This document shows, one piece after another, positions 17,194 to 24,913 of a stretch of DNA of 64,000 bases (the first letter of the stretch is position 1; the number at the start of each line of letters is the position of its first letter). The notes beneath the pieces are model-generated. The model did no database searches and was not told where the DNA came from. It worked only from the letters and a program-made list of their open reading frames with translations. The position numbers and the translations under genes are program-made. This stretch comes from Candidatus Saccharimonadales bacterium (GTDB lineage Bacteria; Patescibacteriota; Saccharimonadia; Saccharimonadales; UBA10212). The stretch lies in NCBI GenBank assembly GCA_035758565.1, contig DASTXL010000001.1, forward strand, positions 331,242-395,241. Direction: 5' to 3'.

Positions 17194-18981
17194 CTAACTT
17201 TTTGGCGTAACATTAAAGTCGTTTATCAACATGTGCGCCAGATCCGCAAATACTGGCTGGCCGCCATACGAACCAGCATAGCCAGGGACATTAGGTTCAA
17301 TGTTGTAAACCACTATGACGTACTGCGGCTTATCGCCGCCAACAAAGCCGGCGTAGGTGCCATTATACCTATTGGCATAGTAGCCGCCGTTCGGGTTGGC
17401 GATTTGAGCAGTGCCGGTTTTGCCGCCTACGCTATACTGCGCCGGGAAGTTAAGATAAGTAAATCCGCCCGGGTTGTAGTGCTGATCAACCACATACTCC
17501 ATCAAACTCTGCATCTCTTGACTAACTTCAGGCTTTACCACGTTTCGTTTAACGACCGTGGGTTTTTGGGTCGTGACTTTACCGTTAGCAGACACCGTCT
17601 CATCGACCAGATGCGGTTTATAATAAGTGCCGCCGTTTAACGTGCTAGATAGAGCCGCTGCCATTTGTATAGCTGTAATGGTTACGCCCTGCCCGAAGGC
17701 GGTGTTAGCATATTTAAGATCAGGCGCGTAACCGGCGTTTGGCCCCGGAACATAGCCGGCTGATTCGTAACCTTGTTCAACATTAGTCTGCTTGCCTAAC
17801 TGGAAATGATTTACCATGTAGTCATACCAACGATTACGGCCCTGACTATCAAGCTGGCCACCGCCCATTTGCATTAGCTCCCAAGTAGCGCCGGTGTTTA
17901 GCGAAAGATTCAAAATGTCACCAATGCTTTTAGTGCCGGCACCGCCGTCTTCTTCAATGTCGGTGATATTGAAACCATCAACCATCCAATGTGCCGGATC
18001 GTAAAAAGTCGTGGTGGGCTTAATTACACCCTGGTCAAGCGCCGCCGCCGTAGTCAGGTTCTTCATAGTTGAGCCCGGCTCGATAGCATTATCAACAGCC
18101 GCATTTAAAAACAGTGATGAATCGCTCACGTCTTGGTATTTTGACGGATCATACGTTGGATAGTTAGCCATGGCTTTAATCTCGCCGCTGTTAGGATCGA
18201 TAATCACGGCACTCAAGCCCTTGGACTTGGTCTTTTTATAGTCGTTAGCCAATATTTTTTCCATTTGGGCCTGCATACCGACGTCAATCGTCAGTACTAC
18301 GTTGTCGCCATTTTTTGGATCAACCTGAATGTTGTCTTTGCTGGCTGCCAATGGCACACCGCTGGCGTCTGTTATGGCCTTGAGCTCTCCGGGCGTGCCG
18401 GCCAGTTCTTTATTTAGAGCCTGTTCTACGCCGTAACTTCCCTGCCCGCTATCATTGACGAAGCCTAGTAGTTGCGAGGCCAGACTGCCCTGAGGATATG
18501 TTCGATAGTCTTGCCCCTGCGTACCTACGCCCGACAACTTCAAGGCCGCTATTTGTTTGCTCTCGTCTTCGCTGATCTTTTTAGCCAAGATCACGTATCT
18601 GGTATTTTTGGTTTTCATAAGTTTCTCGTAGCTACTGACGTCACCATGAGTAACAGCCGCCACCTTAACAGCATCCTGGGCAGGGTTTTTTATGAATGTT
18701 GGGTCTGCGTAGAGCGTGTAGAGCTTTTGGTTAAGTACCAATGGGACGATATTGCCCTGCTCGTGGGCCTCTATGATCCCCCGCTCTGGCGCAATTGAAT
18801 ATTGTTTGAGTTGATCGTTTAGCGCCGCCGCTTGGTAATGATCATGCTTAATAACTTGAAGGTAAAATAGCCTGCCAACGATAACTACGATTATAAGAAT
18901 CAAAAAGCCGTACCATACTAACAGGCGGCGGTTGGCGCTTGGGTTGCGCTGGGCGAGAGTTTTTGGCGGGCGATCGTCCAT
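17194..18981 (-). CDS. ftsI: class B penicillin-binding protein (FtsI-type transpeptidase)
   Basis: N-terminal TM anchor, SxxK (STMK), SxN (SLN) and KTG (KTGTA) motifs. Confidence 0.9.
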   Translation of the reverse strand: MDDRPPKTLAQRNPSANRRLLVWYGFLILIIVVIVGRLFYLQVIKHDHYQAAALNDQLKQYSIAPERGIIEAHEQGNIVPLVLNQKLYTLYADPTFIKNPAQDAVKVAAVTHGDVSSYEKLMKTKNTRYVILAKKISEDESKQIAALKLSGVGTQGQDYRTYPQGSLASQLLGFVNDSGQGSYGVEQALNKELAGTPGELKAITDASGVPLAASKDNIQVDPKNGDNVVLTIDVGMQAQMEKILANDYKKTKSKGLSAVIIDPNSGEIKAMANYPTYDPSKYQDVSDSSLFLNAAVDNAIEPGSTMKNLTTAAALDQGVIKPTTTFYDPAHWMVDGFNITDIEEDGGAGTKSIGDILNLSLNTGATWELMQMGGGQLDSQGRNRWYDYMVNHFQLGKQTNVEQGYESAGYVPGPNAGYAPDLKYANTAFGQGVTITAIQMAAALSSTLNGGTYYKPHLVDETVSANGKVTTQKPTVVKRNVVKPEVSQEMQSLMEYVVDQHYNPGGFTYLNFPAQYSVGGKTGTAQIANPNGGYYANRYNGTYAGFVGGDKPQYVIVVYNIEPNVPGYAGSYGGQPVFADLAHMLINDFNVTPKS

Positions 18982-18986
18982 TAAAT

Positions 18987-19337
18987 CTATTGAGAAATCG
19001 AGCCGACCGGAGTTGTAGAGACCAAATTCTTGGCAACACTGCTATCGGCAACGCGCTGCAAACTTTGTGAACGGGCAGCTGTAACCTCGAGGTTTGATTT
19101 CTGATCCATGAGCTGGCTTTGCTGCTCCTCGAGACTGTTGATAGTATAGCCGTAACTGTTTGTTTTAGTCACTTGTGTTAGATACAACAAGCCGATCAAA
19201 CAGGCTAAAACTATCAAAATAATAGTGTTGCTAACCGGACCCAAACTTTTAGCCGAGTCTAAGAAGCTAACTGAATTCTGGTTGCGCCTAGCATAAGAGC
19301 GGCGCTGACTCATGGCCACAGATGAAGAATATGTCAT
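18987..19337 (-). CDS. FtsL/DivIC-like septum formation protein
   Basis: 116 aa, single TM helix followed by a coiled-coil (EEQQSQLMDQKSNLE). Position between rsmH and ftsI. Confidence 0.55.
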   Translation of the reverse strand: MTYSSSVAMSQRRSYARRNQNSVSFLDSAKSLGPVSNTIILIVLACLIGLLYLTQVTKTNSYGYTINSLEEQQSQLMDQKSNLEVTAARSQSLQRVADSSVAKNLVSTTPVGSISQ

Positions 19338-19516
19338 ATTTTTGTTTTTCTTGGAGGCAGCGTCAGCGAAACGTGGATTGCATACAAACCGACGCTGCTT
19401 TACTCCCGTCGTCCGGGATCTAAGAGTTTAAGCTAAAACTCTTACGCGGACTTTGTATGCTCGGGAAGTACTCTGTACCTTAATTGGCATCGAGTTCCTT
19501 CTTCCTTTCTTTGTTT

Positions 19517-20413
19517 TTATTTTGCTACGGCTCGCAGTTTAGCACTGCGGGCTCGCGGATTTAAACGAATTTCAGGGTCGGCGGCGGTAATAGGTTTTTT
19601 GGTAAGCAACTTTAGTTCAGCGTCAAATCGGTCGCCGGCATGCTCGGCAAAATACTGCTTAACTATTCGATCCTCCAGGCTGTGAAAGCTGATGATTGCT
19701 AGCCGCCCACCCGGGGCCAGCAGACGTGCCATCAGCGACAGACTGTCAGATAATTGGTTAAGCTCATCGTTCACGGCAATCCTTAGTGCCTGGAAGGTCC
19801 TGGTAGCCGGATTGACTCTGGATCTTGCCGCCCAAGGGCCGTAAGCTTTTGCCACTACGTTTGATAACGCAGTCGTGTCCTCTATTGGCCGGTTTTCGGT
19901 TATGCGCCTGGCAATCACTCTTGCTTTTGGCTCTTCTCCGTATTCTTCTAAGATGCGGATGAGTTCTTGCTCGCTAGCTGTATTGACTAGCTCGGCGGCG
20001 GTTAAGTCCTGGCTTTGGTCCATTCGCATGTCCAAAGGCCCGGAATTTCCGAACGAAAACCCTCGTGAGGCTATATCAAGGTGCGGTGAGCTAATGCCCA
20101 AATCAGCCAACACCATGGAAAAGTGCTTCCCCTGCTCGACCAAATCTTCGCAAGCCCGCTTAAAATCACTGTGGATTATCTGGGCTTTCTCGAATTTAGT
20201 TTTAAGCGTAGATATGGCCAGTTCGTCCCGGTCGACTAGATAGGCTTTCTCGGGTGATTTGGTTTTATCTATGATGAGTTCGGCATGTCCACCGTAGCCG
20301 GCTGTTAAATCCAAGTAGCTTTCCCCAGCCCGCGGTCGCAGGCATTCTAAAACTTCTTGAACTAGAACCGGCCGATGAATCAACTCCCCATTTTGTTGTT
20401 GATTTTTTGGCAT
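19517..20413 (-). CDS. rsmH: 16S rRNA (cytosine1402-N4)-methyltransferase
   Basis: HRPVLVQEVL, DLTAGYGGHA, DLGISSPHLD, SFHSLEDRIVK motifs. Confidence 0.95.
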   Translation of the reverse strand: MPKNQQQNGELIHRPVLVQEVLECLRPRAGESYLDLTAGYGGHAELIIDKTKSPEKAYLVDRDELAISTLKTKFEKAQIIHSDFKRACEDLVEQGKHFSMVLADLGISSPHLDIASRGFSFGNSGPLDMRMDQSQDLTAAELVNTASEQELIRILEEYGEEPKARVIARRITENRPIEDTTALSNVVAKAYGPWAARSRVNPATRTFQALRIAVNDELNQLSDSLSLMARLLAPGGRLAIISFHSLEDRIVKQYFAEHAGDRFDAELKLLTKKPITAADPEIRLNPRARSAKLRAVAK

Positions 20414-20944
20414 TTGCCACTTTTGTTTTTGTTTTGGTGATTTTTGTTTTTGTATAGAACCAGCTATTTTGGCGATTCTACTTTGCTAACAAGGTCTTGG
20501 TTATCTCCCGGGGCTTCGCGCCCTGGTCGATTAGCCAACTTCTTAGCTTCGCTAACAAGGTCACCTAATCAGCAGTCAACGTTTTGTTTTTGTGTGTAAG
20601 TTTTTGTTTTTGTACGAACGCTTACTAAGTGAGGGAAGTAAGCTCTGAGGTGAAGCTTAAGACGCGAATTTTTGCTCTTATTTCTAAGAGTCTCTTATCT
20701 TGGGCTTCGAAGTTCTTTTTTAGAGAGACTTTTGTGAGGTGGAGTTTTGGGAGGTGTTACAAATAGAGTTAAATGTACGAGGGACTTTTTTAACGGTGTT
20801 TCCCCGGAGTCTCACCGGTTGACTGCCGATTAGCTAACCTCTAGCCCCACAAAATAAGATTTTGCGGGAACCCCGAATTTCTTCGAGATCATAATCGGTT
20901 TATCTGCTTAGATCTAGTTTGTTAAATAACGACTGTTTACTTAC

Positions 20945-21301
20945 CTACACTTTGGCCATTAGACGCCAGTAACGTCCGGCCCGCACTGCTACTAACTCCC
21001 GGCTAATCCCGGCATAGTCTAATAAGTGCTGTTCGATAGTGATTCGACCCTGTTTGGCGTCGATTTCACTCTCTACCTTACCCATCCTGAACTGTACGTT
21101 AAGGTCGGCCACCCGCTCATCAAGGATACTTCCCTGCAAACCAGGCTCGACCAGCTCGTCCCATACAGCCTTGGGGTAAAGGTGTAGGTAATTCTGGAAC
21201 CCTCTGGTAATGACTACGCCGCTTTTAAACTCATCGCGAAGCTCGGCTGGAATTGTCAGCCTTCGCTTGTCGTCAAGCTTTCTTTCGAAGTAGTCTCCCA
21301 T
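20945..21301 (-). CDS. mraZ: division/cell wall cluster transcriptional regulator MraZ (short, 118 aa)
   Basis: LDDKRRLTIPAELR and second GRITIEQHL SpoVT/AbrB-like repeat. AAGGAA SD. Confidence 0.85.
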   Translation of the reverse strand: MGDYFERKLDDKRRLTIPAELRDEFKSGVVITRGFQNYLHLYPKAVWDELVEPGLQGSILDERVADLNVQFRMGKVESEIDAKQGRITIEQHLLDYAGISRELVAVRAGRYWRLMAKV

Positions 21302-21363
21302 GGTTTCCTTCTTTTTAGTTACTAGTGGTTTTTGTTTTTTGGTGAGATAAGCTATTTTGGCTT

Positions 21364-21411
21364 ACCCACTTCTACCCACTGACAACAGTTTATAACCCAC
21401 TCTTACCCACT
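21364..21411 (-). promoter_or_regulatory. four phased AGTGGGT direct repeats, candidate MraZ operator
   Basis: ACCCACT on the + strand at 21364, 21374, 21395 and 21405 (spacings 10/21/10 bp), 60-110 bp upstream of the mraZ start. Confidence 0.5.
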
Positions 21412-21426
21412 GCAAGTACTTTTTCA

Positions 21427-21451
21427 AAGAAAAAATGGCGATTTCTCGCCA
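21427..21451 (-). terminator. intrinsic terminator of the 21505..21801 gene
   Basis: Minus strand: TGGCGA-GAAA-TCGCCA followed by TTTTTTCTTT. Confidence 0.6.
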
Positions 21452-21504
21452 CTTTTCCACAAAATTCCTGAGATTAACCTAAATGCACAATATATAGTGT
21501 TTTG

Positions 21505-21801
21505 CTACTTCTCGTGTCCGCTATTAGTTAAGGTAGGCATTGAGTGAGTATGTTCACGGATCGACTGATCAGCCGCCCTACCAATAAGCTCAACTGCTCC
21601 GGCAGCGACCAGTAAGATGCCTGCCCCTGCAGCTACGCGCCTTAGCTTATTGCTTGCTCCCCCGGTCTCTACCCGACGACGCTTTAAAGCATCGACTCTG
21701 TCGTTGAATTCTAATTGAGAATTCATCCGCGAATCTATTGATGCTAGATCAACTGAGCGTTCATAAGCTGGCCTTAATTCGCTTGGTAGTCGTTTTGTCA
21801 T
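21505..21801 (-). CDS. hypothetical membrane protein
   Basis: 98 aa, one central hydrophobic helix (AAGAGILLVAAGAVELI). No recognisable family. Confidence 0.4.
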   Translation of the reverse strand: MTKRLPSELRPAYERSVDLASIDSRMNSQLEFNDRVDALKRRRVETGGASNKLRRVAAGAGILLVAAGAVELIGRAADQSIREHTHSMPTLTNSGHEK

Positions 21802-21880
21802 TTTGGTTTCCCGTTTAAGAAATTTTTGTTTTTGTCAGTCTTAAATAGAACTCTAGCATAAAATGCCAAAATGGTCAAGC

Positions 21881-23152
21881 TTACTGAGGAGATGTGAGCT
21901 TAACAATACGCTCGGCGAACCACTTGGCGCTGGGTCGAATTGTGCGCTTCATGTCGTGCTCTCTGTCGACCTCGATCAAACCAAACTTTGGCCACCAGCC
22001 AGTGGCCCATTCAAAATTATCCAATAAGCTCCAGTGTAAATAGCCGGCTATCTTAACACCCTCGCTGTGCGCCCTCTCCATAGCTACGATTGTCTCTTCT
22101 ATCCACCAGCGACGATATTCGTCGGCGGCGTCGGCCACACCGTTTTCGGATATTAATATTGGTTTGTTGTAATGACTCCAAGCTCGCAGCATTAACGGGT
22201 ACAAGCCTTCTGGCTCCATGTACCAGCCAAGATCATTAAGCGGTGCCTTAGGGTTATTCTTTCTAAATAAACCGTCGTAATAATCGGTAAAGTAGTAGTT
22301 TATGCCGACAAAGTCCTGGCAGCGTCTGATGCGATTCAGGAACCACCAGTTCCAGAAATAGCGCATCACCTTAGTAGACAGCTCGTCACTAAAATCATGA
22401 GGATCCCTAGCTTGAATATTACCCAGCTGGGCGGCCACGCCAACCTGTAATTCTGGTTTTATGTTTTTAAGAATTCTGTATGCCTTGCGATGTGCCCAGG
22501 CAAGATTATAAAAGACTCTGAACATAGCTACCGGGCTTTTTTGCTGCGGCGGCCATAAGCCCAGTTGATAGCTAAAACTGGCATAGACGTTGGGTTCGTT
22601 GATGGTGATCACATACTTTAAGTGGTGAGCATACTCGCTGCCAACCCTCTGGACAAAGCGCTCAAAGTATTTAATATTTTCTCTCTTGGCAAAACCGCCC
22701 TTATCGGCAAACCAAACCGGCATGGTCCAGTGCCAAATATTCATAATGGGCTCGATCTTGCGTTTGCGCATCTCTTCTATGTAATTACGGTAGTGCTCTA
22801 TGGCCTGCTCGTCCCAAACGCCTTCTTCGGGTTCCAGCCTGGACCACTCAATACCAAAACGCAAGGCGTTAAGGTTAAGTTTTTTGGCCAAATCGAAATC
22901 TTCTTTATACCGGTTGAAGTGATCGACGCCCTTGCCGCTAATGTAGTTGCCAGGACTCTCTGCTTGTTTTTTGATCTTTTCCCAGTTGGGCAACCAGCCT
23001 AAGGTTTTATGGGCGTTTTTAGCTAACCGCTCGGCATGAGTTTTTTCCCAGATAGTCCATTGATTCTGCGTGCCACCCTCTACTTGGTGGCTGGCCGTAC
23101 TGGCGCCCCACATAAATGTTTTTGGGAATTCTGCCTTAGTATCTTCGGGCAT
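21881..23152 (-). CDS. GH1 family beta-glucosidase
   Basis: TINEPNV (acid/base Glu) and ISENGVA (nucleophile Glu) motifs, 423 aa. Confidence 0.9.
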   Translation of the reverse strand: MPEDTKAEFPKTFMWGASTASHQVEGGTQNQWTIWEKTHAERLAKNAHKTLGWLPNWEKIKKQAESPGNYISGKGVDHFNRYKEDFDLAKKLNLNALRFGIEWSRLEPEEGVWDEQAIEHYRNYIEEMRKRKIEPIMNIWHWTMPVWFADKGGFAKRENIKYFERFVQRVGSEYAHHLKYVITINEPNVYASFSYQLGLWPPQQKSPVAMFRVFYNLAWAHRKAYRILKNIKPELQVGVAAQLGNIQARDPHDFSDELSTKVMRYFWNWWFLNRIRRCQDFVGINYYFTDYYDGLFRKNNPKAPLNDLGWYMEPEGLYPLMLRAWSHYNKPILISENGVADAADEYRRWWIEETIVAMERAHSEGVKIAGYLHWSLLDNFEWATGWWPKFGLIEVDREHDMKRTIRPSAKWFAERIVKLTSPQ

Positions 23153-23166
23153 ACTAGCGGCTAAAG

Positions 23167-23246
23167 CCTTATGAGGACAAACCTACGGTTTTTCCTCATC
23201 GCGCCGGGCGCGGAATAAATCCGCCGCTCGGGCTGCTCTTTTTCCC
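23167..23246 (-). repeat. structured intergenic element, copy X of a 3-member family
   Basis: Shares the ordered blocks TGAGGA..ACC..CGG, a conserved-loop hairpin (GCGGA-ATAAA-TCCGC at 23210..23224) and CTCTTTTTCCC with copies at 54791..54877 and 61061..61155. Confidence 0.55.
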
Positions 23247-23312
23247 TTATTTTAGACTTAATCATAAGCCTATTGTAGCAAACAGCTTAATCCAGAAAGA
23301 TAGCGAGCTTTT

Positions 23313-24089
23313 TTAGTTACTTAGATTGTTGATTTGCTGCATATCTTTATCGGATAGTTCAAAGTCAAAAATCTGGATATTTTCTTTGATGCGTCTGGGT
23401 GTTTCTGACTTGGGCAGCGGCACCGTGCCTTGTTGAGTTGCCCAGCGAAGCATAATTTGAGCCGGAGACTTATGGTATATATCGGCGATTTTACTTAGCG
23501 TTGGGTGATTGACTCCGCCCCTGGCTAGCGGGCTATAGGCTTCAACCACAATTCCCTGCTGTTTGCAAAAGTCCAAAACTGGCCTTTGCTGTTCATATAT
23601 AAAAGGGTGAAGTTCTATTTGATTAACCGCGGGCGTCAGCTTGGAATTTTTTAGAATTTCTTCCAGATGCTTCACTCCGAAATTAGATACGCCAACCGCC
23701 CTTGCCCTACCCGATCCATAGATTTCGCTCAAAGCCCGCCAGGAATCCAGGCGTTTTTTGGAGTCTCGGCCCGGCCAATGGATAAGGTATAAATCAATGA
23801 AGTCCAGCGCCAGCCGGTCAAGGCTTTGGTCGAAAGCATCAAGCGCAGTCCCGTAGCCCTGATCGCCGTTCCAAAGCTTGGTAGTTACGAATAGTTCATC
23901 GCGCGGTATGTCGCTGCCATCAATCGCCCTGCCAACACCCTTCTCATTATCGTAAATCTTAGCGGTATCAATTAGCCGATAGCCCAGATCGATGGCCCGG
24001 CTGACGGCATCAATCACCGCCTCGCCGTCTTCTATTTGCCACGTGCCAAACCCAATGTCCGGTATTTGTGTGCCTGTGTTTAATTTCAT
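23313..24089 (-). CDS. aldo/keto reductase (2,5-diketo-D-gluconate reductase-like)
   Basis: GFGTWQ, IDTAKIYDNE, LYLIHWP, PKSETPRRIKEN motifs. Confidence 0.9.
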   Translation of the reverse strand: MKLNTGTQIPDIGFGTWQIEDGEAVIDAVSRAIDLGYRLIDTAKIYDNEKGVGRAIDGSDIPRDELFVTTKLWNGDQGYGTALDAFDQSLDRLALDFIDLYLIHWPGRDSKKRLDSWRALSEIYGSGRARAVGVSNFGVKHLEEILKNSKLTPAVNQIELHPFIYEQQRPVLDFCKQQGIVVEAYSPLARGGVNHPTLSKIADIYHKSPAQIMLRWATQQGTVPLPKSETPRRIKENIQIFDFELSDKDMQQINNLSN

Positions 24090-24134
24090 CTTTTTAATAT
24101 TAAGCGAGGGAGCTTGGGGTTGGCTGTTGGATTT

Positions 24135-24866
24135 CTAACCAAGGAGTATCGGATGTACGCCTAATCGGGCGAAACTCTTTTTAATTAATCTAATATCCTT
24201 AGGTGTTATAGATTGAGAAAATTGTCTATGGATACTGTCCGAATAATAAGGAGTGTGCTCGTCGCTGTCTCCTATCCCGTATGTGACAGAATCAGATGAC
24301 CATACGCAGTCGTGGTCTTCGTCCAATAGTTCAAAGCAAGCTTCTACTTGCATGTCGGAAAAGTCAAAAGGATTGAAGTAATACCTTCTTGTCTCCCAGG
24401 CAACCGCTCCGTCCCAAATCCCTATTTGCACGTCGGGTTCATCGTCGTCTTCCTCATCGAAGTCCACTTCGTCGGGCTGGGGTTTGGCTTGATCTTTCTC
24501 TGCCATGGATCTTATACGCTCTTCGACTTCTCGGTTTCTGGCCTCTACTATCTGTTCGGTTAAGTCGTTCCGTGCTCGACTAACGGTCATATCTATAAAA
24601 ACAGCAAAATCTTCCGGGTCGTCGGACGTATCGTCTTGTGACTTGCCGATTCTAAACTCATAGAACATGTCGCCAAGCCTCAAAGACCATGTTTGCAAAT
24701 CGAATGGCGGTTGAGCTACTTGCAGAAAATCCGTGCCACCGCAAAGGTAATCAACTACTGGCATTACGGTGCATTCTTGAAAATCGATGACTTCTTCTTC
24801 AGAAAGACATCGTTCTCCGAGGTCGTCGTACCATTCGTCCCTTGACTCCCGAAAATTATATTCCAT
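24135..24866 (-). CDS. highly acidic hypothetical protein
   Basis: 243 aa, D/E-rich throughout (e.g. DEVDFDEEDDDEPD). No recognisable family. Confidence 0.45.
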   Translation of the reverse strand: MEYNFRESRDEWYDDLGERCLSEEEVIDFQECTVMPVVDYLCGGTDFLQVAQPPFDLQTWSLRLGDMFYEFRIGKSQDDTSDDPEDFAVFIDMTVSRARNDLTEQIVEARNREVEERIRSMAEKDQAKPQPDEVDFDEEDDDEPDVQIGIWDGAVAWETRRYYFNPFDFSDMQVEACFELLDEDHDCVWSSDSVTYGIGDSDEHTPYYSDSIHRQFSQSITPKDIRLIKKSFARLGVHPILLG

Positions 24867-24913
24867 AAGAAATAGCTTGGTACTATCTGTGCTTTATTGC
24901 AAGCATGAGCAAA

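Noticed and set aside
20421-20612. Repeated TTTTTGTTTTTG units as a possible degenerate CRISPR or tandem-repeat array
   Set aside because: The units are only 11-13 nt and irregularly spaced (20, 140 and 20 nt). They are also found singly upstream of distant genes, and there are no cas genes. They are better described as a leader or regulatory motif.
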